A stretch of 63,998 nucleotides of DNA, the filler included. It is 4 parts of 4 records of this genome, joined end to end, with 100 filler letters (N's around TTAATTAATTAA, not from the genome) between each part and the next. Parts side by side here need not be neighbours in the genome. Positions count along the whole stretch, not along the records: positions 1 to 9,608 come from SRR20825006_11; positions 9,709 to 33,114 come from SRR20825006_13; 2 more parts are not named here. One strand, written 5' to 3'. The position numbers were made by a program, and so were the translations under genes. This document shows, in pieces, positions 9,330 to 19,723 of the stretch. The notes under the pieces were generated by a model, which made no database searches, was not told the DNA's origin, and worked only from the letters and a program-made list of their open reading frames with translations. Positions within the stretch are counted from its first letter, which is position 1; the number at the start of each line of letters is the position of its first letter.

Positions 9330-9608
9330 TTGACTGACGTAACATTTGCAGACCTCGGCCTTGGGCCGAACGTACTTAAGGCTGTGGAAGAGGCAGGCTA
9401 TACCACGCCCACGCCGATCCAGGCCGAAGCCATCCCCCATATCCTCGCCGGCGGCGACGTCACAGGCATCGCGCAAACCGGCACCGGCAAGACGGCGGCC
9501 TTCGTGCTCCCCATGATCCATCGCCTTGCGCGCGGACGGGCGAGGGCCCGCATGCCCCGTTGCCTGATCCTCTGCCCGACGCGCGAACTGGCCGCGCAGG
9601 TGGCCGAG
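9330..9608 (+). CDS. DEAD/DEAH-box RNA helicase, N-terminal fragment (contig end)
   Basis: Q motif GYTTPTPIQ, AQTGTGKT, PTRELAAQ; TTG start at 9330 with AGGA upstream. Confidence 0.93.
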
Positions 9609-9708
9609 NNNNNNNNNNNNNNNNNNNNNNNNNNNNNNNNNNNNNNNNNNNNTTAATTAATTAANNNNNNNNNNNNNNNNNNNNNNNNNNNNNNNNNNNN
9701 NNNNNNNN
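9609..9708. other. Artificial contig linker
   Basis: N-run + TTAATTAATTAA (stops in all frames) + N-run; abrupt GC shift and genes truncated on both sides. Confidence 0.99.
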
Positions 9709-9915
9709 AGCAAATTTTTCACGATAATCTACCGTTAACGGAAGAAAATCAACATCACTTTGCTTGTAGTTTGAAACTACGGTACAAAGCAACATACATT
9801 TACCGGATTGAACTACAACAGAGCCGTGCGCCTGTTTTGCCAATTTACCGGTTTCGATAGAGATCTCTCTACCATCACCAAGGTCAATGACCTCTTTGAA
9901 AGTCTTTGGAATCAT
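9709..9915 (-). CDS. pnp: Polyribonucleotide nucleotidyltransferase, N-terminal fragment
   Basis: [31 protein letters not shown]; lies downstream of rpsO. Confidence 0.95.
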
Positions 9916-10130
9916 ATTTTGATTTTTCATCTGTATCCTAAATCGAGGATACTGTTAAACAAAAGCTGCAAACCTATTCAGGTTGCGGCAAGGTCGTTGT
10001 GTTGTTGTGTGTAGTGGTGACCAATGAAAAACCTAAGGATAGCTTTCTTTGCCCTTACGGGACTTGAACCAAAAATATGGTTTTTATTTTACTGAAGCTT
10101 CAAAATTAGTCTGAAACAAACAGATTTTAA

Positions 10131-10163
10131 AAATAAAAGGGACTGAAAAACAGCCCCTTTTAT
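10131..10163 (-). terminator. Intrinsic terminator after rpsO
   Basis: Minus strand AAAAGGGGCTG-TTTTT-CAGTCCCTTTT followed by ATTTT. Confidence 0.75.
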
Positions 10164-10172
10164 GAATAAGAA

Positions 10173-10442
10173 TTATTTTCTTAAACCTAATTCTTTAACG
10201 ATAGCACGATATCTGTTGATATCTTTCTTAGTTAAATAGTCAAGTAATGCTCTACGCTTACCTACTAACTTTACTAGAGAACGCTCAGTATTAAAGTCTT
10301 TGCGGTTTCTTTTTAAGTGCTCTGTAAGGTGGTTGATGCGGTGCGTGAACAACGCAATTTGTCCTTCTGCAGATCCGGTATCGTTTTTGTCTTTACCGAA
10401 CTGGCTGAAAATTTCATCTTTTTTCTCTTGAGTAAGATACAT
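10173..10442 (-). CDS. rpsO: 30S ribosomal protein S15
   Basis: DTGSAEGQIALFTHRINHLTEHL...LVGKRRALLDYL...LGLRK. Confidence 0.98.
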   Translation of the reverse strand: MYLTQEKKDEIFSQFGKDKNDTGSAEGQIALFTHRINHLTEHLKRNRKDFNTERSLVKLVGKRRALLDYLTKKDINRYRAIVKELGLRK

Positions 10443-10506
10443 GCCAATATTATTTAAATAGTTTTTATGTATTCAATGAGGTGATCTCATTGAGCCGGCA
10501 AAGATA
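10443..10506 (-). promoter_or_regulatory. rpsO promoter (-7 TATCTTTG) and leader hairpin; candidate S15 ribosomal leader
   Basis: Bacteroidota TAnnTTTG element at 10499-10506; 8-bp perfect stem TCAATGAG/CTCATTGA at 10473-10493. Confidence 0.55.
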
Positions 10507-10537
10507 CAATTAATTTCTAAATACCGGTCTGTTATTT

Positions 10538-11395
10538 TTAATTGCGAACAGGCTGATTTAAAATCAAGTCGATGTAAAGGTTGATGTTCTTTTTCAGTTC
10601 TTTACGATGTGATATAAAATCAAGGAAACCGTGCTCTTTTAAAAATTCTGCTGTCTGAAAATCTTCTGGTAATTCTTGACCGGTAGTATCGCGTACAACA
10701 CGTGGTCCCGCAAAACCAATCAAAGCTCCCGGCTCAGAAATATTAATATCACCTAACATCGCAAATGAAGCAGTGGTTCCACCGGTGGTAGGATCAGTAC
10801 ATAACGAGATGTATGGAATTTTTGCTTCGGCAAGTTGCGCCAGTTTAGCAGAAGTTTTTGCTAATTGCATTAAGGATAAAGCAGCTTCCATCATACGTGC
10901 TCCACCAGATTTTGAAATGATCACTAAAGGAACGTTGTGCTTAAGGGAGTAATCTGCGGCACGCGCGATTTTCTCACCCACTACCGAACCCATAGATCCA
11001 CCGATGAATTTAAAATCCATTGCAGCAACAACAAGGTCTTTACCCATACTTTTACCTACGGCAGTACGTACGGCATCCTTTAGACCGGTTTTTGCTTCTG
11101 CATCCTTAAGACGGTCAACATATTTTTTAGTGTCTTCAAACCCTAACGGATCTTTTGAAGTAAGATTTTTATCTAGCTCTTTGTATTTGCCTTCATCAAA
11201 AAGAATTGAGAAATACTCGTTACTGCCTATTCTTACGTGATAATCATCTTCTGGACTTACGTAAAAATTCTTAGCAAGTTCATCTGCATCAATGATTTTA
11301 CCGGTAGGAGATTTGTACCAAAGTCCTTTAGGTACATCTTTTTTATTTTCGGTAGCAGTTTGTATTCCTTTTTCTTTCCGTTTAAACCAAGCCAT
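10538..11395 (-). CDS. accD: Acetyl-CoA carboxylase carboxyltransferase beta subunit
   Basis: [40 protein letters not shown]. Confidence 0.97.
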   Translation of the reverse strand: MAWFKRKEKGIQTATENKKDVPKGLWYKSPTGKIIDADELAKNFYVSPEDDYHVRIGSNEYFSILFDEGKYKELDKNLTSKDPLGFEDTKKYVDRLKDAEAKTGLKDAVRTAVGKSMGKDLVVAAMDFKFIGGSMGSVVGEKIARAADYSLKHNVPLVIISKSGGARMMEAALSLMQLAKTSAKLAQLAEAKIPYISLCTDPTTGGTTASFAMLGDINISEPGALIGFAGPRVVRDTTGQELPEDFQTAEFLKEHGFLDFISHRKELKKNINLYIDLILNQPVRN

Positions 11396-11466
11396 ATTTT
11401 GTGCTTTTTAGTTTGTAAGCTTTTAGGGGTGCTTCTTAAAAATTAAGAGGCTGTTTTTAAAGGTTG

Positions 11467-11497
11467 AAAAACCTCAGAATATAAATCCTGAGGTTTT
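11467..11497 (-). terminator. Stem-loop after fbaA (putative terminator)
   Basis: AAAACCTCAG...CTGAGGTTTT inverted repeat with T tract. Confidence 0.6.
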
Positions 11498-11522
11498 AAA
11501 ATTTCTTTTCGCGGATGCGAAA

Positions 11523-12590
11523 TTACAAAGTATTTACGTTATTTAAATCTTCAAATGCTTTTTCTAAACGCGCAACAAAAGATTCTTCACCTTTACGTAA
11601 CCAAACGCGTGGATCGTAAAATTTCTTATTTGGGCTGTCTTCTCCGGTTGGATTACCTATTTGTGTTTGAAGATAGTCTGCATTTGCATCAAAATATTTA
11701 CGAATACCTTCCGTAAATGCCCACTGTAAATCAGTGTCAATATTCATTTTGATAACACCGTAGCTGATACCTTCACGAATTTCTTCAACGGTAGAACCAC
11801 TTCCTCCGTGGAATACAAAGTCGATATGGTTTTCTCCAACCCCGTATTTTTCTGAAATATATTCCTGAGAATTCTTCAAAATTTTAGGAGTCAATTTTAC
11901 GTTACCAGGCTTGTAAACCCCGTGAACGTTACCAAAAGCCGCAGCGATAGTAAACTGATCACTTACTTTGCTTAATTCTTCATAAGCGTAAGCAACTTCT
12001 TCTGGCTGCGTATACAATTTAGAAACGTCTACATCAGAGTTATCTACACCATCTTCTTCACCACCGGTGATACCAAGTTCGATTTCAAGAGTCATTTCCA
12101 TCTTGCTCATACGCTCAAGGTATTTTTTACAAAGCTCGATGTTCTCTTCAATAGGCTCTTCACTAAGGTCAATCATATGAGAGCTAAAAAGGGAATGCCC
12201 GTGTTCTTTATAGTATTCTTCAGAAGCATCAAGAAGACCGTCAATCCAAGGTAAAAGTTTTTTAGCGCAGTGGTCAGTATGTAAAATAACTGTTGCGCCA
12301 TAACGCTTTGCTAATTCGTGCACGTGTTTGGCTCCTGCGATTGCTCCTGCAACTGCTGCTTGCTGGTTATCGTTAGCATAACCTTTTCCTGCGTTAAATT
12401 GAGCACCTCCATTAGAAAATTGAAGGATCACAGGTGCATTTAATTTTGCAGCTGTTTCTAAAACACCGTTTATGGTATTAGAGCCGATTACATTTACAGC
12501 TGGAAGCGCGTAGCCATTTTCTTTAGCGTGTTTAAAAATTGCCTGAACTTCTTTACCGGTTGCAACCCCCGGTTTGATACTATGACTCAT
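11523..12590 (-). CDS. fbaA: Class II fructose-bisphosphate aldolase
   Basis: HTDHC, FSSHMIDLSEE, FGNVHGVYKPG, VFHGGSG, KMNIDTD. Confidence 0.97.
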   Translation of the reverse strand: MSHSIKPGVATGKEVQAIFKHAKENGYALPAVNVIGSNTINGVLETAAKLNAPVILQFSNGGAQFNAGKGYANDNQQAAVAGAIAGAKHVHELAKRYGATVILHTDHCAKKLLPWIDGLLDASEEYYKEHGHSLFSSHMIDLSEEPIEENIELCKKYLERMSKMEMTLEIELGITGGEEDGVDNSDVDVSKLYTQPEEVAYAYEELSKVSDQFTIAAAFGNVHGVYKPGNVKLTPKILKNSQEYISEKYGVGENHIDFVFHGGSGSTVEEIREGISYGVIKMNIDTDLQWAFTEGIRKYFDANADYLQTQIGNPTGEDSPNKKFYDPRVWLRKGEESFVARLEKAFEDLNNVNTL

Positions 12591-12657
12591 AAGTTGTTGT
12601 TTACTAAGTTAAGGGCATAAAATTAATAAATAATTAGGGTTTGACCACCTAATTTGC

Positions 12658-15216
12658 TTAGAAAGGATAGTTAATACCCACGTTGTAGACCGCATTAGAA
12701 AAATTTGTGTTTTTAAACCAGCGTTCGCCGTTAGGTAGCGCGGGATCATAGGTTTTAAATCCTATATCAAAACGCAAAACAAAAAAGCTAAAATCATAGC
12801 GTAGACCAAAACCGGTTCCTACGGCGATATCTTCAAGACTTTTTAAGCCGGTAAAGGTGGCCTGCGGATCTTCAATGTTATCTAGCGCGTTCCAGATGTT
12901 TCCTACATCGGCAAAAATGGCGCCTTTTAAATCACCTAAAAAGGTAAAGCGTTGTTCTGCATTAAACGCCAGTTTCATATTGGCTTCATTAAAATCGTTA
13001 GGGCTATCCGTGCTTCCTGGGCCTAAGCGGTATGCTTGCCAAGCACGGTTGTCGTTAGATCCACCACCAAAGAAACTGCGAATAAAAGGGATGCTGTTTG
13101 AATTTCCATACGGAATAGCAATACCTCCGTATGCACGTACAGCCAATATATTATCGTTGCCAAAATCCCAATGCTTAATAAAATCCAATTCGGTTTTTAC
13201 ATATTGCGAGAAGGTCACGCCCAGAACTCTTGAGGAACCGTTTTCATTTTCTTCAAGACCTATTAGATTGCTGATGGCGCTTAGCGTATTACCGGCAACT
13301 TCAAGTTTGGCTCTAAAACTGGTAAACTCATCGTCAAATAAATTATCCCGGGTGTTTTTGTAGTAGGTAAAACTAGAAGCTAAGATCAAGTTGTCTTCGG
13401 TAAGGCGCTGGCGGCGTTCTTCAATATTCACAACGTCATTAAACTCTGTTGTGGTAACGGCAATATTTCGGTTTTGTACGGCATTTATAAAATCTAAAGC
13501 ACCATCCGGAATATCTAAATTGCCCTCTTCATTTAAATACGGAAGCACTTGTGTGGGGTATCCAAGAGCGATGGTGTTCAGTTCGTCATACGAATTCTCA
13601 TAGACATTAAAGTAGTTGGAGATATTCAAATTACGCACATACTGAATGTCAAAAAGATCAAAACGGTAATTCAAATTTTCTGAAGGGGTCCACTTATAAT
13701 TAATTCCGCCGGTGACATTTTGTTTATCTAAACCTATGTTTTGCTGAATACCTATACCGGTCGTGAAACTGGTGGAAGGTGACATTTCAGGCGCGATGAA
13801 ATTGGTGCGAATAGGGAAGAAGATACGCGGAATCGTCAGACTTACATCGGCACCTATTTCAGTGATATCAAAAAGCTCAGGGCTGTTGCTTCCTGCTGCG
13901 GTTCTGGAATCACCTATACTCGCACGCCCGGAAATTTGCAAAGTTTCCATTCCGCCTAAAACATTTCTAATGCGAAGCGAACCACCGCCGGCAATCCCAA
14001 AACGTTGAATATTGGAGGTGGAAACATCAAAGTCTGCCCTCAGATTGAATTTAGGCAGTGGGGTAAGCAAAATATTGGCGATAAGATCTGTGCCTTCTGG
14101 GTCATCAGGATCTTCAGAAAACCGAAGGTCTGGATATCTAAAAGTGCCCAGCTGACTTAATCGAATTAAGGTTTGATTACGAGCCTCGTCGCTGTAGGTT
14201 TCTCCGGGCTCAATGAAAATCGCATCGATTAGGCGTTTAGACTTATACCGCAATTTGTCATAAGCATAGAGGTAATGATCATCGCGCACCAGACTATCTG
14301 AATAGGTGTCGTTGCGCAAGGCATAGCCATAATCTGTTGTGACTTTAACCTTGCTTATTTTATGAACTTTTAGTGGTAATTCATAGACCGAATCTCTCCC
14401 GCGAATCTCCCTGTTTCTAATGTTCATCTCGATATTAACCCGATGGTTAGTATTCACCGAGTCTCCTACAAAACTTATAAATTCCTGATCAAAGTGAAAC
14501 AAGCCGTTATTACGCATCAGCTCAGTGATGCGACTGGTTTCGGCGTTGATGTCGAGCAGTTCGTATTGCGCATCTTTCTTAATGAAAGACTCATTTTTAT
14601 GCGCTTGGTAAATAGAATCTGCGGCAGCAGATTTGATAAAGGTTTTTAACGAATCAATGATATACGGTCTTTGCGTATTTACCGAATAGATCACCTTAGC
14701 GCGTTTGTTTGCGCTGTCTTTTTCGATCTCATAAGTCGTTTCGGCATTAAACCAACCTTTACTGTTGTAGTATTCGGTTAAACGGTCTGCTGATCTTTTG
14801 GTAAGATTTTCGGTAATGATGGCGGGCTCTTCCCCAAAATCTTTAAGCACTTCGTTAAAGCCTAATTTGAATTTGATGTACTTGTCGAGTTGTTTTCGCG
14901 AGAGTACGCCAGACCAAAATTTTAACGTTCGCTGGTCGTTGTCGTTTAATTTATGTTGAAGAATGCTGTCTAAGTTGGGACGCGCCCAATTGTAAATATA
15001 TAGTCTAACCGGAGTTCCTAAAAGCGGAACTTTTGTATTGGGCTGTAAATACGGAATGTTATTGATGTTGTAGGCTTCGTTGACTTCACCGTTAACGACA
15101 ATCTCATTTTCAGAAAGTAAATATTTTCCTTGCGGAACACGCTTTACCGCGTCACAGGCAGCTAGAACGAGTAGCAGTATGATAAATAATCCTATTTTTG
15201 CGGAAAGTTTTTGCAA
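12658..15216 (-). CDS. tamL: Omp85/BamA-family lipoprotein (TamL-like)
   Basis: Lipobox LAAC, POTRA-like region, FFGGGSNDNRAW, C-terminal GINYPF. TTG start at 15216 preferred because a TATTTTTG -7 element lies at 15240-15247. Confidence 0.85.
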   Translation of the reverse strand: MQKLSAKIGLFIILLLVLAACDAVKRVPQGKYLLSENEIVVNGEVNEAYNINNIPYLQPNTKVPLLGTPVRLYIYNWARPNLDSILQHKLNDNDQRTLKFWSGVLSRKQLDKYIKFKLGFNEVLKDFGEEPAIITENLTKRSADRLTEYYNSKGWFNAETTYEIEKDSANKRAKVIYSVNTQRPYIIDSLKTFIKSAAADSIYQAHKNESFIKKDAQYELLDINAETSRITELMRNNGLFHFDQEFISFVGDSVNTNHRVNIEMNIRNREIRGRDSVYELPLKVHKISKVKVTTDYGYALRNDTYSDSLVRDDHYLYAYDKLRYKSKRLIDAIFIEPGETYSDEARNQTLIRLSQLGTFRYPDLRFSEDPDDPEGTDLIANILLTPLPKFNLRADFDVSTSNIQRFGIAGGGSLRIRNVLGGMETLQISGRASIGDSRTAAGSNSPELFDITEIGADVSLTIPRIFFPIRTNFIAPEMSPSTSFTTGIGIQQNIGLDKQNVTGGINYKWTPSENLNYRFDLFDIQYVRNLNISNYFNVYENSYDELNTIALGYPTQVLPYLNEEGNLDIPDGALDFINAVQNRNIAVTTTEFNDVVNIEERRQRLTEDNLILASSFTYYKNTRDNLFDDEFTSFRAKLEVAGNTLSAISNLIGLEENENGSSRVLGVTFSQYVKTELDFIKHWDFGNDNILAVRAYGGIAIPYGNSNSIPFIRSFFGGGSNDNRAWQAYRLGPGSTDSPNDFNEANMKLAFNAEQRFTFLGDLKGAIFADVGNIWNALDNIEDPQATFTGLKSLEDIAVGTGFGLRYDFSFFVLRFDIGFKTYDPALPNGERWFKNTNFSNAVYNVGINYPF

Positions 15217-15257
15217 GGGCTTTTTTATAAAAATAACTTCAAAAATACACATTAGAC

Positions 15258-15971
15258 GTGGTTAGCAAAAGCCAAATAAAATTAATAACGAGTCTGTCTC
15301 AAAAAAAGTACCGCCAGCAACACGGCTTATTTGTGGTAGAAGGAATTAAAGGCATTCAAGAATTTCTTGATTCTCATTATAAGCTGCGCAGTTTGTACGC
15401 TTTAAAGGGGTATTTTGAAGCGCAAAATGCTATTGAAATTGCTGAAGCGGCACTTAAAAAAATCTCATTTTTAAAAACACCACAGAAGGCTTTAGCTGTT
15501 TTTGAGATTCCGAAGCTGAGTACTGAAAAAGAAGCGGGTTTTCAATTGGTGCTAGACGATGTACGCGATCCCGGTAATCTGGGTACTCTGATCAGACTTT
15601 GTGATTGGTATGGGATCAAAACGCTGGTGTGTTCTCAGCAAACAGTAGATTGTTTTAATCCTAAAGTAGTGCAGGCCACAATGGGATCACTTACCCGAGT
15701 GATGGTGCATTACACAGATTTGGATACCTATTTATTGGGGCAGACGCTTCCGGTGTATGGGGCGTTTATGGATGGTGAAAATGTGTATCGCGCGTCAATT
15801 CCAGAAGATGCTATTTTAGTTTTAGGCAATGAAGCAAACGGAATTTCAAGTGCTGTTTCAGAAAAGATTCAGCATAAAATAAGCATCCCACAATTTGGGA
15901 CTTCAACCACCGAAAGTTTAAACGTGGCAATCGCCGGGGCAATTTTAGTAAGCGAATTTAAACGCGGATAA
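15258..15971 (+). CDS. TrmH/SpoU family RNA methyltransferase
   Basis: DPGNLGTLIR, GNEANGIS, ESLNVAIA SPOUT motifs. Confidence 0.93.
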   Translation: MVSKSQIKLITSLSQKKYRQQHGLFVVEGIKGIQEFLDSHYKLRSLYALKGYFEAQNAIEIAEAALKKISFLKTPQKALAVFEIPKLSTEKEAGFQLVLDDVRDPGNLGTLIRLCDWYGIKTLVCSQQTVDCFNPKVVQATMGSLTRVMVHYTDLDTYLLGQTLPVYGAFMDGENVYRASIPEDAILVLGNEANGISSAVSEKIQHKISIPQFGTSTTESLNVAIAGAILVSEFKRG

Positions 15972-15973
15972 GC

Positions 15974-16723
15974 CTATTTGATCGCGCAGATACGCAGTCT
16001 TTTATAGTCGGCATAATAATGCCCGTCTTTAAACAAAGCTTGATGCACCTGCTCCTGAACTTCTTTGCGAATAGCGTCAGCTTCGGTATCTGGGATATCG
16101 GTAAAATAGTGTTTGGCAAACATATTCAGCCAATCTATAATGCCTGTTTCAGGATCTTGTAATTTTGTTGGTCGCTCATATAAATGCGCAAAAGTCACTT
16201 GAAAGCCAGATTTTTCTAAGAAATAACAATATGTTCCCAACTTTGGAAAATACCAATTGATCGTTCGGGATTGTTTGATATATCCTTTTTCTTTTAGAAC
16301 CGCACTTAAAGCAGTGATGATGGTTTCAATATTTCCGGCGCCACCCATTTCTAAGAGTAATCTACCGCCGGTTTTTAGGTTGCTGTACATCGCTGAGATC
16401 GCAGCTTCGGGATTCAAGATCCAGTGCAGGGTTGCATTACTAAAAATGGCGTCATAGGGTTTTTGATCAATAAAACTCTCACCGCGCGCCGTTATGAATT
16501 CAATACCATCAAATTTTGATTGAGCAGCATCAATCATCTCTTGCGAAGCATCAATACCTACCAGTTGAGCGCCACTTTCGGCAATTGCAGCAGTAAGTTC
16601 GCCAGTACCACAACCCAGATCTAAAATGCGTTCACCTTCCTGAGGGTTGAGCATACTGATGAGGTCTTTTCCGTAATTGAATACAAAACCGTGTTTTTCT
16701 CTATATAAATCTGCTTCCCACAT
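15974..16723 (-). CDS. Class I SAM-dependent methyltransferase (trans-aconitate methyltransferase-like)
   Basis: ILDLGCGTG, FSNATLHW, ADYKRLR; TAATG overlap with the porT stop. Confidence 0.88.
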   Translation of the reverse strand: MWEADLYREKHGFVFNYGKDLISMLNPQEGERILDLGCGTGELTAAIAESGAQLVGIDASQEMIDAAQSKFDGIEFITARGESFIDQKPYDAIFSNATLHWILNPEAAISAMYSNLKTGGRLLLEMGGAGNIETIITALSAVLKEKGYIKQSRTINWYFPKLGTYCYFLEKSGFQVTFAHLYERPTKLQDPETGIIDWLNMFAKHYFTDIPDTEADAIRKEVQEQVHQALFKDGHYYADYKRLRICAIK

Positions 16724-17424
16724 TATTGAAAGGTAAAGTTTAAAAATATGCCACGCGACTGCATAACTTCAATATTTGAAGTGTACAAACTGTTAGGATC
16801 TTCATCTCTAACAAGTTCATCAGACAATGCAAATACACCGCGAATACTTGGTGAAAATTTAAAATAAGGTAAATATAAGTCAATGCCGAAACCTACCTCA
16901 TAATAAAAGGTATTGTTGGTCATTCTAAATTGCCCAGAGCTATTATCGTCCGGATTTTTCTCGTTGCTCGACAAGTTGTGCGAATAGCTAAAACCACCCA
17001 CAACAAAAGGTTTGAAGTTGTTTAAGCGTTTTGTAGAAAACTTAAGCAAGAGCGGAAAATGAATATAGGTAGAATTTAATTCTCGTATGCGATCGTTCTC
17101 ATCTCCCGGAATATCCAGATAAAAAAGCGTTCTGGCATTGTAAACGAGTCCGGGTTCTAAACGCAGATCTAGGTATTCATTTATGCGTTTATTTCCTAAG
17201 AGCCCAACATTGAAGCCATAGTTTTGTTCCACATAAATATCTGGTCTGTCTTCTTTATAGTCAAAATTGAAATCATACCTGTTGATCCCAAAATAATAAC
17301 CCCAACTCCACGATTTTTTGTCAAAATTCTCATCGTTGAGAATGCGTTCGCGAGTTAAAAATTGAGCTTGAATTTGAGAACCAGCCCAAATCAAAAAGAA
17401 AACAAGTACCAGTTTTTTTTGCAT
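16723..17424 (-). CDS. porT: Type IX secretion/gliding motility outer-membrane protein PorT/SprT
   Basis: Signal peptide, LDLRLEPG, GFGIDLYLPYFKFSPSIRG, terminal F; typical ubiE-porT synteny. Confidence 0.85.
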   Translation of the reverse strand: MQKKLVLVFFLIWAGSQIQAQFLTRERILNDENFDKKSWSWGYYFGINRYDFNFDYKEDRPDIYVEQNYGFNVGLLGNKRINEYLDLRLEPGLVYNARTLFYLDIPGDENDRIRELNSTYIHFPLLLKFSTKRLNNFKPFVVGGFSYSHNLSSNEKNPDDNSSGQFRMTNNTFYYEVGFGIDLYLPYFKFSPSIRGVFALSDELVRDEDPNSLYTSNIEVMQSRGIFLNFTFQ

Positions 17425-17427
17425 AAA

Positions 17428-18156
17428 TTACTTTGATGCTGAATAAATTGTGGCTACACCCATTGTTTGTGGGTGATCTTCAACATGTGTAAACCCTGTT
17501 TTTCTTAAAATATTGTTGAGTTTTTCACCATAAGGAAAAACAGAAGCGCTTTCGCTTAAATAAGCATACGCATCGCGGTCTTTAGAAAATATGCGTCCTA
17601 TGAGCGGAAGTAAGGTTTTAGTATATAACCCGTAACCTTGTTTAAACGGAAATTTAGTAGGTACTGAAGTTTCTAGAATCACAAAAATTCCGCCGGGTTT
17701 TAGCACGCGAAGAATTTCGGCGAGGCCCTTTTCTAAGGTTTCAAAATTGCGAATCCCAAAAGCTACGGTGATGGCATCAAAATAATTGTCTTCAAAAGGA
17801 AGGTTTTCAGAATCTCCCTGAACCATTTCGATCGTGGTACTCAGGTTTTTTGCTGCAATTTTATCTTTTCCTACTTGCAACATTCCGGCAGAAATATCAA
17901 GACCAATGATCTTTTCGGCATCTGTTTTCGCCAGATTAATCGCTAGATCTCCGGTGCCTGTAGCTACATCAAGAATGCGTTTTGGCTGTGTAGCTGCAAC
18001 CATATTCACCACTTTTTTACGCCATTTTACGTCAATCCCAAAAGAAATAACCCGGTTGAGCCCATCGTATTCTTTTGAAATTGTGTCAAACATTTGCTCA
18101 ACTTGCTCGCGTTTTGACCTGTCTGAATTCTTATACGGGTTAACGTTACCGCTCAT
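17428..18156 (-). CDS. ubiE: Demethylmenaquinone methyltransferase MenG/UbiE
   Basis: [34 protein letters not shown]. Confidence 0.94.
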   Translation of the reverse strand: MSGNVNPYKNSDRSKREQVEQMFDTISKEYDGLNRVISFGIDVKWRKKVVNMVAATQPKRILDVATGTGDLAINLAKTDAEKIIGLDISAGMLQVGKDKIAAKNLSTTIEMVQGDSENLPFEDNYFDAITVAFGIRNFETLEKGLAEILRVLKPGGIFVILETSVPTKFPFKQGYGLYTKTLLPLIGRIFSKDRDAYAYLSESASVFPYGEKLNNILRKTGFTHVEDHPQTMGVATIYSASK

Positions 18157-18369
18157 AACTTACTTTTATTGGCAAATATAGTATTTGTTGCGTGATAGAA
18201 CGGCCTGTTTTAGAAGGCTGTTATATTTAAAGTTATCTCTAGTAAATCTTATATCTTTGCAAGGTTTTGCTCACAAAGTGACTGCAAAAGGCTTCGATTT
18301 TTATCGATGCTTGAACCTAACTCAAATTGCCTTATACCTCGTGTGGCGGGCTGTTTATTAAAAATTGCT

Positions 18370-19719
18370 ATGAAGATTGTTATCGCAGGTGCCGGGGAAG
18401 TTGGCTTTCATTTGGCTAAACTTCTTTCTTTTGAATCGCAAGATATTACGCTTATCGATGTTGATAAAGACAGTATCTCCTATGCAGATACACATCTTGA
18501 CATTCGCACCATTCGCGGAGATTCGACCTCTATCGCCGTTTTAAAAGAAGCGCGTATAGACACCACCGATCTTATTATTGCAGTTACCGCAAGTGAAACT
18601 ACCAATATCACGGTTTGTGTTTTGGCGAAGCAAATGGGCGCAAAACGCACGATTGCAAGGATTTCTAATACCGAGTTTATAGAAAATCAAGAAGTAGCCG
18701 GATTTAAGAAATTTGGAATAGACGAACTCATTTCGCCTGAAAGTCTTGCGGCTTCAGAAATAGAATTGCTCCTGAACCAGTCAGCATTTAATGATAGTTA
18801 TGAGTTTGAAAACGGAGCATTAACAATGGTTGGGACTTCGCTGAGCAGAACAGCTTCTTTTGTAGGAAAGAGCGTTAAAGAGGCGGCGCGTATTTTTCCC
18901 ACCTTGCACTTTATGCCGATCGCAATTCAGCGAGAAGGCACGCAGTATACTTTGATTCCGAGAGGAGATACGATCTTTAAAGAAGGTGATCAGGTTTATT
19001 TTATGACGGTAAAAGAAGGGGTTGAAGAACTCTACAAGCTTACCGGTAAAATGAAGCAGGAGATCAGAAACGTGATGATTTTAGGCGGAAGTAAAATAGG
19101 TTATAAAACGGCACGTGATCTTTGCTCGCATAATTTTAAGGTAAAACTGGTAGAAAAAGACAATGATAAGGCTTACGATCTAGCCGAAAATCTTCCCAAA
19201 ACCTTGGTGATCAACGGGGATGGGAGAAATGTAGAACTTCTTGAAGAAGAGAATATCTACGATATGGATGCTTTTATTGCGGTAACCGGAAATAGTGAGA
19301 CTAATATTATGTCGTGCTTGGTAGCCAAGTCTAAAAGCGTAAAAAAAACCATCGCTTTAGTTGAGAATATGGATTATTTTCAGCTTTCGCACAGTATAGG
19401 AATCGACACCTTGATCAATAAGAAATTACTCGCGGCGAATAATATCTTTAGATACATACGTAAAGGTGATGTTGTAGCGATGACCAAACTCAATAATATG
19501 AATGCCGAATTGCTTGAATTTAGTGCTAAGCCTAATTCTAAAGTTATCGGAAAACGTATTAGAGATTTAGATTTTCCGCGCTCAGCAACCATAGGAGGTA
19601 TCGTGCGCGATGGAAAAGGAATAATTCCGCTTGGAGAAAACCGCATAGAGGTGGGAGATCGTATTGTTGTATGTTGTTTATTGCGATCGATTAATAAAGT
19701 AGAACGCATGTTTATCTAA
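18370..19719 (+). CDS. trkA: Trk potassium uptake system NAD-binding subunit
   Basis: MKIVIAGAGEVG, two RCK N/C repeats. Confidence 0.95.
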   Translation: MKIVIAGAGEVGFHLAKLLSFESQDITLIDVDKDSISYADTHLDIRTIRGDSTSIAVLKEARIDTTDLIIAVTASETTNITVCVLAKQMGAKRTIARISNTEFIENQEVAGFKKFGIDELISPESLAASEIELLLNQSAFNDSYEFENGALTMVGTSLSRTASFVGKSVKEAARIFPTLHFMPIAIQREGTQYTLIPRGDTIFKEGDQVYFMTVKEGVEELYKLTGKMKQEIRNVMILGGSKIGYKTARDLCSHNFKVKLVEKDNDKAYDLAENLPKTLVINGDGRNVELLEEENIYDMDAFIAVTGNSETNIMSCLVAKSKSVKKTIALVENMDYFQLSHSIGIDTLINKKLLAANNIFRYIRKGDVVAMTKLNNMNAELLEFSAKPNSKVIGKRIRDLDFPRSATIGGIVRDGKGIIPLGENRIEVGDRIVVCCLLRSINKVERMFI

Positions 19720-19723
19720 GTAT

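Noticed and set aside
9609..9708. TTAATTAATTAA palindrome within N-runs (also 33115-33214 and 58579-58678) and sharp GC shifts
   Set aside because: Identical synthetic linkers joining unrelated contigs; not a biological repeat, island boundary or HGT signal. Cross-linker gene neighbourhoods are meaningless.
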